In this document: positions 1 to 10,318 of the stretch, one piece after another
How positions within the stretch are numbered: the first letter of the stretch is position 1
Layout of the letters: every line of letters begins with the position of its first letter
From: Andalucia godoyi And28
Lineage: Eukaryota > Protista > Jakobida
DNA: 64,000 nt
Direction: 5' to 3'
Assembly (NCBI GenBank): GCA_009859145.1
Contig: VRVR01000040.1
Location: forward strand, 99,615 to 163,614
Program-made: the position numbers and the translations under genes
The notes under the pieces: model-generated
Told to the model about the DNA's origin: nothing
The model's database searches: none
The model's input: the letters and a program-made list of their open reading frames with translations, nothing else

Positions 1-8
1 CTTTACTT

Positions 9-12
<4 letters not shown>

Positions 13-43
<31 letters not shown>

Positions 44-54
44 TGTGTGTGTGT
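13..54. repeat. (CT)n followed by (GT)n microsatellite
   Basis: Directly visible dinucleotide runs at the window start. Confidence 0.9.
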
Positions 55-88
55 CTGAACAACACTGACTTTCCATGAGAGTGGGGAA

Positions 89-615
89 ATGGACGTGCTG
101 CTCAAGAATCCGAAATTCGACATTGTTGAATTGGATCTTCTGGGAGTAAACGGTGAAGTCCAGCGATATGCCGTCGAGTATGGCCCAAATCGTCTTTTCT
201 CTCCTTCACTTCTTCTCCCTGTTTTGCCTTTTGTTCTTGTTTTTTTCCCGTTCGTTCGCTTTCAGTGCATTCGAGAGATGCTCTCCTTGCTGTTGGAGTC
301 ATGTTTTACTAACATTGCGTTATCATCTTCTTCTTCGTCGTCGTCGTCGTTGCTAATAGGCATGGAATTCTTCTTCCGCGATTGTACAAGGTGAAGTTCT
401 CGGGGACAGCAGAGGAATTGGAAGCTGTTATGGGACCTATCAAGCTCAGGTTGTCGATTGAAGCAATGGAGGGAACGGAAATGCTCATTCAGACGTTTGG
501 GTCCATGGCAGTTTCCTTGTATGACGTCAAGAAGCCATTCCAGCTCAACAGCGAACTGGACAAGCGTGTTGCGGAGCTCAAAGACCGCATCCCAACCATT
601 CAAAGCAAGCTTTGA
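89..615 (+). CDS. Hypothetical protein, two exons (89-177, 360-615); may begin upstream
   Basis: Intron 178-359 has GTATGG donor, TACTAAC branch site (about 308-314) and TAG acceptor. Splicing joins ...YAVE to HGILLPRLYKVKF...QSKL* in frame. No family recognised. Confidence 0.6.
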
Positions 616-1152
616 TTCTCCGCTGTCGTTTACCATCGCTGCTGTCGTCGTCGCTTCCAAGAAGAGACAGTTGCAGAAAGGCGTCAAAGTCAACTTCGTT
701 GTCGATGTCGCAGTGTCTTCCTGTCTGTTTCATCTCATTCCCGGCCATCTGTTGTCCGAGATACCGGTTGAGACTCGAGACCCTCTCTGTCTGCTGAACT
801 TGCGGATGCGTGTACAAATGAAAACTCGGTTTTGGTGTTTTTATTTTAATGTGTTATTTTGCATGGGATTCTGTTTTGCCCAACAAAAAAAATTCCTCCC
901 TGCTTGTCTGCTGTAGAGGAAAAGTCAGCGAGGCACGGATGCTTTTGATCTCCTGTAGTCTATGCCTCGTCTTTTGAGTTTCGCGCATCCGTTCGTTCCG
1001 GTCTTTTTTCCTGAATGTACGCTTTTCCTATTTCTTTTTTCATTTTCTTTCTTCACTGCGAAGTTGGTATTCCTTCTAAATCTGAACTTTTTTCTTTTAT
1101 AATCGCATTTTTAAAGATTGGAGAGTGGAGAAGAGAAGGAAAGGAAAGAGAG

Positions 1153-2271
1153 ATGACTTCTGATTCTGAAAACTCTTCAAACGCGTCGTTTGATTCTGAA
1201 GAGATGGGCGAGTTCGGCCAGGAGCCGTCGTTCACTGTGCTTCCGATTGAGCTGAGTCCCAAGGACGAAGAGCCGCTGGAGATGGAGCTTGAGGAGGGTG
1301 ATGTTGTCGCGCTGCACAATATTGCACTGGTTGTTGCGGATGACGCAAAGGACCCGAAGGGAGTGTCGCGCATCTATGTGTCGACCAAGAATGCGGGAAG
1401 CAAGCTTTTGTTGTGCACTCTTCGTGCCGGAAAGACCGAGAATGTGTCCGTTGAAACTCGTTTCTTTGGACCGGACACCATCAAGCTCGTTGTGGAGGGA
1501 GACTACGACGCACACGTGTTTGCTACTGCGTCGTTTGAGGAGTTCGACGGCGACGATGACGACCTGCTGGACGACATGGCCGAGGAAGCCGGATCTGATG
1601 AGGATGAAGACGAGGAGCTTGAGGACGAGGATGAAGACGAGGAAGCAGAGCTCGATCCCAAGGAACTCAAGAAGCTTGAGAAGGATATCCAGAAGAACCT
1701 AGAGAAGCACAAGAAGGAGAATGACGCGCTGATTTCCAAGCTTGCAAACAAGGCCAAGGAGGAGTCCAAGAAGGAGGAGCCGAAGAAGAAGGAAGAGCCG
1801 AAGAAGGCCAAGGATGAACAGAAGGAGCAGAAGGAGCAGCAGCCAAAGAAGAAGGAGCAGCAGCAGCCCGTCAAGCGTGATAAGCCCGAGGAGGACGAGG
1901 AAAAGGGTTCGGATGCAAAGAAGGCAAAGACTGCAGGTCCTGCGAAGCGCATGCTCAAGGGTGGAGTTGCGGTGATCGATGCTGCGGACGGCCAAGGAAA
2001 GACTGCCGAGAATGGAAAGAAGGTTACCGTCAAGTACATTGGACGACTCCCCGAGCGCGGAAACAAGGTCTTTGACCAGGGAACCATCGACTTCAAGCTT
2101 GGTGCTGGAGACGTCATCAAGGGCTGGGACGTTGGTGTCGCCGGAATGAAGATCGGAGGCAAGCGAAAAATCGTCTGCCCCCCGCAAATGGCATATGGAC
2201 AGCAAGGCTCGGGTCCCATCCCCGCAAACTCCACTCTCGAATTTGACGTTGAGCTCCTCAAGGTTCAGTAA
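1153..2271 (+). CDS. Nucleoplasmin-like FKBP (FPR3/FPR4/FKBP53-type histone chaperone PPIase)
   Basis: N-terminal nucleoplasmin-like domain, acidic tract, Lys-rich linker, C-terminal FKBP domain (VTVKYIGRL, VIKGWDVGVAGMKIGGKRKIVCPPQMAYG, IPANSTLEFDVELL). Confidence 0.9.
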   Translation: MTSDSENSSNASFDSEEMGEFGQEPSFTVLPIELSPKDEEPLEMELEEGDVVALHNIALVVADDAKDPKGVSRIYVSTKNAGSKLLLCTLRAGKTENVSVETRFFGPDTIKLVVEGDYDAHVFATASFEEFDGDDDDLLDDMAEEAGSDEDEDEELEDEDEDEEAELDPKELKKLEKDIQKNLEKHKKENDALISKLANKAKEESKKEEPKKKEEPKKAKDEQKEQKEQQPKKKEQQQPVKRDKPEEDEEKGSDAKKAKTAGPAKRMLKGGVAVIDAADGQGKTAENGKKVTVKYIGRLPERGNKVFDQGTIDFKLGAGDVIKGWDVGVAGMKIGGKRKIVCPPQMAYGQQGSGPIPANSTLEFDVELLKVQ

Positions 2272-2411
2272 ATCATACAAACATTCTTTTTTGCTTTCCT
2301 CCATCCATCCATCCATTCCTTCATTCTTCCTCTGTCTGTCTGTCTGTCTGCCTGTCTGCCTGTCTGCCTGTCTTGTGGTTTATTCTTGCATGAAACTCCT
2401 CCCGATGCGGA

Positions 2412-3617
2412 TTACTTGAACAATTTCAGTACAGATGTGTTCTTTTCCGAGTCCTTCTTCATGACCTTGGAGACAGCCATCTCAAAGTCTTCTTGGGTCA
2501 CGTGCACTCTGCGTTCTCGCAATGCGTACATACCCGATTCTGTGCACACCGCCTTGATTTCGGCACCAGAGGCACCAGTCATGACGTCTGCAATCTTCTT
2601 CAAGTTGATCCCTCTTGTCAAGTTCATCTTTCTTGAATGGATTCTCAGAATTTCGAGTCTGGCGGCCTCATTGGGATTCGGGAACTCAATCTTGCGATCA
2701 ATTCGTCCTGGTCTCAACAACGCTGGATCCAAAATATCAATTCGATTGGTGCACATCAGAACCTTGATCAGCTGCGTCGCCTCAAATCCATCGAGCTGGT
2801 TCAGCAATTCCAACATTGTTCTCTGCACCTCCGAGTCGCCGCCAGAACCGCCACCACCGTCCGATCGCGATGACCCGATCGAGTCGATTTCGTCCATAAA
2901 GATAATCGACGGTGCATGCTCACGTGCCATGACGAACAGCTCACGAACCATTCTTGCACCCTCTCCAATGTACTTTTGAACAAGCTCCGACCCGGATACT
3001 CGAATAAACGTGCAGTCCGTATGATGTGCAACGGCACGCGCAAGCAATGTCTTTCCAGTACCGGGCGGTCCAAACAGCAAAACTCCCTTTGGCTGTGAAA
3101 TTCCAAGTGCTTCGAACAATTCTGGATGCTTGATGGGCAATTCAATGACCTCCTTGATCTCTCGAACCTGCTTCTCCAGACCGCCAATCATGTCGTATGT
3201 GGAATCCGGCACCTTTTCAACTCGCATGAGTGATACAAGCGGATCAATCTTCGTCGGGAGGATCTTGTGCAGTGCGTACGAGTCCGATCGAAGCGCAACT
3301 CGAGTATTGGGCGTCAACAGCGAGCTGTCGATATTCGAATCAATCGACACCACGAACTTTCCTTCCGGATTAATCTTCACCAAAACCTTGTTCTTGCCCA
3401 TAAGCTTCACTACTTCTCCAACGCTCGAGCCCGGCTCTTGCAGAACAGCAAGTTCCTCGCGCAAAAGCCGCACTCGAGAGTTCAGCTCATTGCGCTGGGC
3501 CTCAAGCCGGCGAAGATTCTGCGTCTTGTCACGGATGTTCGACTCCAACGCATCAATCTTCGACTGATAGTACGTGCTGATATCAACACTCGACGCAGCA
3601 GACTTCACCGATGTCAT
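2412..3617 (-). CDS. RPT6: 26S proteasome AAA-ATPase regulatory subunit RPT6
   Basis: Walker A GPPGTGKT, Walker [38 protein letters not shown] and [17 protein letters not shown] are diagnostic of RPT6/PSMC5. Confidence 0.97.
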   Translation of the reverse strand: MTSVKSAASSVDISTYYQSKIDALESNIRDKTQNLRRLEAQRNELNSRVRLLREELAVLQEPGSSVGEVVKLMGKNKVLVKINPEGKFVVSIDSNIDSSLLTPNTRVALRSDSYALHKILPTKIDPLVSLMRVEKVPDSTYDMIGGLEKQVREIKEVIELPIKHPELFEALGISQPKGVLLFGPPGTGKTLLARAVAHHTDCTFIRVSGSELVQKYIGEGARMVRELFVMAREHAPSIIFMDEIDSIGSSRSDGGGGSGGDSEVQRTMLELLNQLDGFEATQLIKVLMCTNRIDILDPALLRPGRIDRKIEFPNPNEAARLEILRIHSRKMNLTRGINLKKIADVMTGASGAEIKAVCTESGMYALRERRVHVTQEDFEMAVSKVMKKDSEKNTSVLKLFK

Positions 3618-4368
3618 TTTTTTTTCTTCTTCTTTTTTTCACGGTTCCGTCAACTGATTATTACGTATGTCGATTTTCTCGTGTTCTTTCTTTTGTTTTT
3701 TTCTTCTTTTTGTATAGGATCGCGACGAAAGTAAGAAGAACAGAGCACAGCGATAGAGCAAACCAGACGAAAAGTTACGATTGAGAAGAAATTCAAAAGG
3801 TTCAAGTCAAGTCTTTCAGACGAACGCAGCGGCCAGCAGAATCGACGGACATACGACAGACGGGAAGAAAAATGGGGGGAAGAAACCATGTCTTGGGGAA
3901 AAATACATTCTCTACAACAGCTTGCAAATGAGGAACTGGAGGGCTGGGGTCCGACTTCCCAAAATGGGATATCGGTTCGCTGTCAACATCTTTCAACAGC
4001 TTGGCGGAACGAACTTCCACAAATGTTCTGGAGAAATTGCCATTTCGGGGATTTAAAGAAAACAGCGGATGACAAGACAGCCCGAAATGTCATCCACGAC
4101 TGTACATTGTTTCAGCTATGTTCTCGATTCTTTCTCATTTTTTCCTGTTCTTTCTGCTTTGTGCTCTCTGTTTTCGACTACCTCCAATGAATGACGGCAA
4201 TTCGACGACAATAACAGCAGCAAACAGTATCAACACCAGCCATAACCATATCCACTGAAAAACCAGAAGAAGGGAACAACGGTGAGCAAAAAGCAAAAGC
4301 AACGGATATTGTTGTTTTGTTTTGAATTAATTTATTACTTTTATATTTTTAAATTAGTTGCGCGAAGG

Positions 4369-6195
4369 ATGATTGATGTGGAACGGTTTTTCAATTCGGA
4401 TCAGTTTGCGGATGTTCTTTTTGTGACTCGATCAAATGACCGAGTTCCTGCGCATCGTGTCATTCTTTCTTGTGGATCTGTTTTTTTCAGAACACTGTTT
4501 GAAGCATACAAGTCGCTGGGCCCGCCGATTCTTGTTCCGTTGACGGAGGTCGACACGCAGACGTTTCTGAATGTACTTCAGTTTCTCTATACTTCACACT
4601 GCACTCTGGGGCTTGAGAATGTCGTTGCTGTTTTTGGGCTGTCGGTGGCATTTAGTCTTTCTGATCTGCAGACGTACTGCGTCGACTTTCTTTCATCGTG
4701 CATGCCGATCGAGCAAGTGTGGCAAGTGCTGGATCAAACCATCAAGATCCAAGGATCAGACTCTATGCTTGCGCAGCTGTGTTCAAGAACAATTTCACGC
4801 CGACTGGATCTCATGTGTCGAGGTGGCAGTGGCAGTGGTAGTGGTAGTGGTAGTGGCAGCATGCCGGCCACAGTGCAACCTGTGTCTCGTCCAACACAGT
4901 TTTCAAGAGGTGATTTTGCGGTCTGCAATGAACTCTTCAAGTCGTCGACGGGCTCGCTGAGCCCCGTCAACCATGTTTCTCCTTCGCAAAGCGTGGGTTC
5001 TCTGGGATTTATCGGGAGCAGCCGCAGCCTGGAAATCGACGGGGACTCGGTCGACGAGAGATCATCAGACATAGGATCTTTCGGAAGTGATCGAAAGCCC
5101 CCGTTTGAAAGAACTTCGCTGTCCACCAACAACGGAGCAACAATTCCCATTCAGGTGCTGCTCAAGGAGGCAAAGCCCTCGGATGTGGGAATCCAGCAAA
5201 AGCTGCTACATGACGGTGACGATGTCGGATCCCCCTTTGCAGATGAGAAGAATCCTCCAACGCTTACCATTGGAAACACCGCGGAGGGTCTTGGGCTTGT
5301 GTTTCTGCATTGTGTGAATTCGATTACGCGAATGATGAAGGCTGAGCGGTCCGGGCTGTATCTCTACGATGCTTCGCAGAATGAGCTTTTCTCAAAGGTT
5401 GCAGTTGGCGCGCAGGAGCAGCGAATCCCGCGGGGCCGAGCGGGGCTCATCGGGACGTGTTTTGAATCGGGCCTGGTGATTCTGTGCGACGATGTGTACA
5501 AGCATGAGAAGTTTGACCCGGAAATCGAAGAGCTTCCGGGGTTCCGCACGCGCTCAGTTTTGCTTGCTCCGGTAAAGACTCGGAATTCCGGGCATGCCGC
5601 GGGTGTCGTGGTGCTTCGAAACAAACGATCAGGTGAACCGTTTGATCAGAGCGATGCGAAGCAAGTACGGGGTTTTGTGCATGTGCTTGCCGGTGTCATT
5701 GACCAGGTTCTCCAAGATCGGTCCGAGCTGCTAATGGACAAGGTGTTTCTCGTTCCCGCACATGTGCACGAAGATGGTGTGGAAGAACACGGCGTAAAGC
5801 CGCTCGTGCGGCGCCGTCCGCTTGCCAAGCTTCCGCGGGAGTTCATTTCTGCCAACAAGGTTGCGCAGCTTCACCAGCAACCACAGCAAATTCCCTTTGT
5901 TCCGTCGGCTCCATCTACTACTTCATCTACTTCTACTGCCTCGGCTGCTTCGTCTGCCCAGTTGGGACCGACTGTTGCAGAGATTGCAGGAGAGAAGGCG
6001 ACAACGGCTGATTCGGGCAGAGTGGCAAAAAGTCGGAAGCGCGGTGTGCAAGCATCGTTTCCGGGAGTCGGCTCATTTGGCGTCTCGAACCCTGCTCAAA
6101 CAGATCAGCAGGGTTTCTCTCACTTTCGCATTCCGCGATTCGAACTCACCACTTTTACGGAAACCTCTGCCAAACAAAAGAAACCATATACGTAG
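4369..6195 (+). CDS. BTB/POZ domain plus GAF domain protein
   Basis: N-terminal FADVLF..RVPAHRVILSCGSVFFRTLF...FLNVLQFLYT (BTB). Central AERSGLYLYD..GLIGTCFESG..DDVYKHEKFDPEIEELPGFRTRSVLLAPV..GVVVLRNK..PFDQSD (GAF). Confidence 0.85.
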   Translation: MIDVERFFNSDQFADVLFVTRSNDRVPAHRVILSCGSVFFRTLFEAYKSLGPPILVPLTEVDTQTFLNVLQFLYTSHCTLGLENVVAVFGLSVAFSLSDLQTYCVDFLSSCMPIEQVWQVLDQTIKIQGSDSMLAQLCSRTISRRLDLMCRGGSGSGSGSGSGSMPATVQPVSRPTQFSRGDFAVCNELFKSSTGSLSPVNHVSPSQSVGSLGFIGSSRSLEIDGDSVDERSSDIGSFGSDRKPPFERTSLSTNNGATIPIQVLLKEAKPSDVGIQQKLLHDGDDVGSPFADEKNPPTLTIGNTAEGLGLVFLHCVNSITRMMKAERSGLYLYDASQNELFSKVAVGAQEQRIPRGRAGLIGTCFESGLVILCDDVYKHEKFDPEIEELPGFRTRSVLLAPVKTRNSGHAAGVVVLRNKRSGEPFDQSDAKQVRGFVHVLAGVIDQVLQDRSELLMDKVFLVPAHVHEDGVEEHGVKPLVRRRPLAKLPREFISANKVAQLHQQPQQIPFVPSAPSTTSSTSTASAASSAQLGPTVAEIAGEKATTADSGRVAKSRKRGVQASFPGVGSFGVSNPAQTDQQGFSHFRIPRFELTTFTETSAKQKKPYT

Positions 6196-6269
6196 GCCAC
6201 GTGGTACACCACGGTTTTGCCTGTTATTATGTACAAAGAAGGTTTACAAAAATGCAAAACGAAAACCGA

Positions 6270-6270
<1 letters not shown>

Positions 6271-6306
<36 letters not shown>
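6271..6306. repeat. (AAT)n microsatellite
   Basis: About 12 ATA units, visible directly. Confidence 0.9.
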
Positions 6307-6307
<1 letters not shown>

Positions 6308-6405
6308 GCTGTTGCTGGTGCATGACTATAAAAAAATGCGGTTGTGCATGGAGGCACGCTGAGAATTTCCGTCGACATCGTGAGCCCATGGGGTTTCCTC
6401 GGAAT

Positions 6406-7191
6406 TTACTCGAGGAGATGCTTGCTAAGCAGGCGCAAGAAACAGAAGGCCGGGAAGTGGAGAAGTCCATTTCCGATTGCAACGAGCCCGAGCAAGTAGA
6501 TCAATCCTGGTGCTTCGTTCAATCGATGCAGCCACTCAAACGGCACATCCTTGAACATCTCGTGGCCCATGTTGATATTCAGATAGTACGGAGTCCCGTC
6601 GTCCAAAAAGGCGGATTTTGGTGCTGCATATCTGCCAAGCGCCGACAAGAAGAAGCACATCCCTATCGACGCAACAAAATCAGACCACTTCAATCCACCC
6701 GATCGATAAAACATCAGCAGCGTGAGTGGGACGTAGAAGATGTGATGCCCTGTCGAATAGATTTCTAAATCCGAGGTTTCGGGCCACGCAAGATACGCAG
6801 CTGGTCCCGCTGGAACATATGACGTGAGCAGCATGAACAGAACCTCAGTTCCCCACACAACATGGTCGAAGAATATTGTGATAAAGCACACCGCAACAAG
6901 TTTGCGAGAACGAATTAGCAGCCCAACACCTGAGAATAAGAGGCAGAAGTTGCACGCCCAGTAGATGTCATAGAATCCGGTGGTGCCGCGAATCACGTAG
7001 CGGACAGGCATCAAAAATGCAACGTAGAGAATGTAAAACACGCCAAGAAACTTTGCAAATCGTGGAAAATACCATGTGTCTGCTGGTCTCTGTTTTGAGA
7101 ATGATGAACGACTACGCCGCCGATCTGAGGAACCTACAGATGGTCTCCGCGCGGATCCGCCAAAGTTCGGATTTCGATGATGCACCGGCAT
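6406..7191 (-). CDS. Multi-pass integral membrane protein
   Basis: 261-aa ORF with several hydrophobic helices and conserved-looking polar motifs (YWACN, DH, GHHIFY, LNIN). Family not certain. Confidence 0.75.
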   Translation of the reverse strand: MPVHHRNPNFGGSARRPSVGSSDRRRSRSSFSKQRPADTWYFPRFAKFLGVFYILYVAFLMPVRYVIRGTTGFYDIYWACNFCLLFSGVGLLIRSRKLVAVCFITIFFDHVVWGTEVLFMLLTSYVPAGPAAYLAWPETSDLEIYSTGHHIFYVPLTLLMFYRSGGLKWSDFVASIGMCFFLSALGRYAAPKSAFLDDGTPYYLNINMGHEMFKDVPFEWLHRLNEAPGLIYLLGLVAIGNGLLHFPAFCFLRLLSKHLLE

Positions 7192-7615
7192 CGTGTGTGT
7201 GTATGGATACCCTCAAAGAGGAAATCTTAAGAGGAATGGAAACAGCAATGGTTATGATGATGGTAATGAAGATAGAACAACAGCTACAGCTACAACTACT
7301 ACAATGAAGAAAATGGAAAATCGACAAACTGGTGGTCGAAAAGAGTCTTTGCATCGTAAACTGACCATTGGAGCTTCGAGCGTCGTGGATTCGGTGTGGT
7401 TGACAGCTTTTCTTTTTTCTTCTCTATTATTTCCTGTTCTTGCTGAGCAAGCTGATGATCATCAAATCACGAAGATGTGATCGATTGTGTTTCGGAATGC
7501 GCTTTCAAGTCAGAGAACAAGAAGGAGCAAAGGCAAATGCGTCGTTCGCCGGTTACATTCTGTTTCTGCCACCGTTCATTTTTGAATGTTGAATCGATTG
7601 GGGAATATGGTGGTT

Positions 7616-7755
7616 GCGACGCCCCTTTGATGCAGAGCAGTCTGCATTGAAGAGTTAGTGCTCGCCTCCCTCAAATAAATAACATGTGGCTTGGATCTGT
7701 CTTCGGTGACAGCTTCGCCCGATGATCAGTAATGATGCATGTTTTTGGCGAGCGG
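7616..7755 (+). ncRNA. Candidate structured ncRNA or small mobile element, copy A
   Basis: Near-identical to 19178-19298. Has a 12-bp hairpin 7625-7652 and a long-range stem GCTCGCC(7660-7666)/GGCGAGC(7747-7753). Strand inferred from G-U pairs. Confidence 0.55.
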
Positions 7756-8004
7756 TGGAACTGGGAGTACCGTTTGCAGCGTTAGAACTGTTGTTATCGT
7801 CGTGTTTTATTTCGCTTTCGTCGCCTCGCCAAAATGCTTGAAACTCTGACGTAGGGAAATTTATCCAGATCCGGTTTACACGAACGATCCGAGAAGAAGC
7901 ACGGTGTTTTTCAAAGCCAGGTGCTTTGGAAACGGACCGCGAACGACGCTACAAATAGCGCCCGACTTGGCGAAATCAAGCGAATTGCCATGCTGCTGCA
8001 TTCT

Positions 8005-9921
8005 CTACACACTCGCATTGCTCGACAAAAGGGACGCCGCAATCCTCTGATTTTGTGCTTGTGCTTGCTCCAGAATGGTTGGAGGAACGTGCGATCCAAA
8101 CGTGCTCTGCAGATATGTGATAGCGGCGTCGGTTTCTTCTCTCCACTCTTGCAAGTTCACGGCAAAGAGCTTGGCGATCGTCTCGGATGAAATGTCCAGG
8201 CCTTCGAGATCCAGGCTTTCCCGAGTCGGAATGTACCCAATAGGAGTCTTCGTCGCGGTTGCAGAATCCTCGCGCGGACGACGGCACCGTTCCAAAATCC
8301 ACTTGACAACTCGCGCATTCTCCGAGAACCCAGGCCACAGAAACGCATTGTTCTCGTCTCTGCGGAACCAGTTGACGTAGAAGAATCGTGGCTGCTTATC
8401 CTCGCTGGGGAACTGAGCACCAATCTTGACCCAATGTCCGAAGTAGTCCCCCATGTTGTATGCGCAGAACGGCAGCATTGCAAATGGATCGTATCGAAGA
8501 GCTCCGACTGCAGTGTCGGCGGCGGCTGTTCCTTCTGATCGCATCGTCGATCCCAAAAATACCCCGTGATCCCATGAAAGCGCTTCGAATACAAGAGGAA
8601 CCGTGCGACTTCGGCGCCCACCAAACAAAATTGCGGAAAGAGGAACACCTTCAGGATCCTTGTGGGCAATGTCGTACGTTGGGCACTGTTGGATTGGTGC
8701 CGTAAACCGAGCATTAGGATGCGCCACGACAGCTCCTTTTCCGGCAACAAAAGGCTTGCCTTGCCAGTCAATCACTCCCGCAGGAACCTCCTTGGTCAAT
8801 CCTTCCCACCAAACATCACCATCTGGAGTCAAGCCGACGTTGGTAAAGATCGCGTTCTCGCGAATAGCGCTGATCGCATTGGGCAGAGTCCTGTTTCCGC
8901 AGCCGGGGGCAACTCCAAAAATACCCTGTTCGGGATTGATTGCGTACATCCTGCCGTCCTTTTCCGGGCGCACACGAGCCCACATGATATCGTCCCCGAC
9001 ACACTCCCATTTCCATCCCGGGATGGCAACACTCAGCATGGCCAGATTGGTCTTTCCGCAAGACGACGGAAACGCGGCCGCAATGTACTGTTTGGGCTGT
9101 CCCGGAACCGTAATTCCGGCTACGAGCATGTGCTCGGCAAGAGCATTTCCTTGTTTTCTGGACAGAATCGAGGCAATCCGGAGCGCGAAGCACTTCTTGC
9201 CGAGAAGGGCATTTCCGCCATACCCAGAACCATACGACACAATCATGTGACCGTATGCGTCGTCCGGGAAGTGCGTTATAAACTTGATTCCATCACGATC
9301 GCACGGCCAGGCGGGAGCTTCGATGTCAAGATGCATGTGCTCGTGCTTGTGGATTGGACAACCCACACTGTGAACACACGGGACAAACTCCTGGGCATGG
9401 TTCTTCAAATACGGAAGCACGGCATCTCCCATGATGGTCATGATCCGCATAGAGACAACCACATAGGCGGAATCCGTGATCTGCACGCCAACATGACTGA
9501 GCGGCGATCCCAGGGGTCCCATGACGAATGGAATGACATACAGCGTGCGTCCAACCATTGCGCCATTCATGAGGCCTTTAATCTTTGGCATCATTTCGCC
9601 TGGATACCGCCAATTGTTCGTGGGACCAGCATCCTCTGGCTCTTCGCAGCAAATGAACGTCCGCGCCTCGACACGTGCGACATCTGAAGGAGCAGATCTT
9701 GCAAGATACGAATTGGGACGCTTGTGTTCGTTCAGACGGATGAACGATCCTTCGTTAACCAGTTGTTCAGAGAGCATTTTCGACTCTTCCGCAGAACCGC
9801 TGCACCAGCGAACCGCGTCTGGATCGCAAATGTCAATCCAAGTTTTTAGAAACGACATCAGCTTTGTATTTCCGTTCGTCTTTTCTGCAACAGTTGCGTA
9901 GAAATCATCGAACTTTGACAT
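8005..9921 (-). CDS. PCK: Phosphoenolpyruvate carboxykinase (GTP-dependent)
   Basis: SDVARVEARTFI, GSGYGGNALLGKKCFALRIAS, AFPSSCGKTNLAM, CVGDDI, HPNARF and FYVNWFR motifs. Confidence 0.97.
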   Translation of the reverse strand: MSKFDDFYATVAEKTNGNTKLMSFLKTWIDICDPDAVRWCSGSAEESKMLSEQLVNEGSFIRLNEHKRPNSYLARSAPSDVARVEARTFICCEEPEDAGPTNNWRYPGEMMPKIKGLMNGAMVGRTLYVIPFVMGPLGSPLSHVGVQITDSAYVVVSMRIMTIMGDAVLPYLKNHAQEFVPCVHSVGCPIHKHEHMHLDIEAPAWPCDRDGIKFITHFPDDAYGHMIVSYGSGYGGNALLGKKCFALRIASILSRKQGNALAEHMLVAGITVPGQPKQYIAAAFPSSCGKTNLAMLSVAIPGWKWECVGDDIMWARVRPEKDGRMYAINPEQGIFGVAPGCGNRTLPNAISAIRENAIFTNVGLTPDGDVWWEGLTKEVPAGVIDWQGKPFVAGKGAVVAHPNARFTAPIQQCPTYDIAHKDPEGVPLSAILFGGRRSRTVPLVFEALSWDHGVFLGSTMRSEGTAAADTAVGALRYDPFAMLPFCAYNMGDYFGHWVKIGAQFPSEDKQPRFFYVNWFRRDENNAFLWPGFSENARVVKWILERCRRPREDSATATKTPIGYIPTRESLDLEGLDISSETIAKLFAVNLQEWREETDAAITYLQSTFGSHVPPTILEQAQAQNQRIAASLLSSNASV

Positions 9922-10318
9922 TGTGAACACGTTCTTCTCTTCCTCGCCGCCTCTTTCGTGTTTTTTTTTTTTTTTTTTTTGCCTGCTTCAAAATGTAGTG
10001 CTTCAATGAAAAAAGCTCTTTAAATAAATAAAAAAGGGGATCAAAAGGTAAAAGAAGGATAGAAGACACAAAAAGACAAGGAAGGACGCATTAATACGTT
10101 TTATTAAAAAACATGCGTTTATTTTTATACACCCTCTGAAAATGCACCAAAAATAGCAATGCCTGTCAGCAAATTTTCAAATATAGGAAGTAAAGCACCA
10201 AAAATTAAAAGAATTTAAAGAATTTAACTGTATTTTGTTTTTGTTTTTGTTTTTTAATATTTAAAAAAAAAAATGCATGAAACGATACAGACGTCGCTCG
10301 TTGGTTGTTGCGGACATG

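Noticed and set aside
7616-7755. Duplicated element as SECIS, spliced-leader RNA, U12 or hammerhead
   Set aside because: No upstream in-frame UGA gene on the same strand, no proper Sm site, an AUG in the would-be leader, only a superficial U12 likeness, and CCGATGA lacks a GAAA partner.
7849-7876. TPP-riboswitch-like words (GATCTGGATAA on the minus strand, CGTAGGGAA on the plus strand) downstream of PEPCK
   Set aside because: The two words lie on opposite strands, and the CTGAGA and P2/P3 parts are absent, so it cannot form the aptamer.
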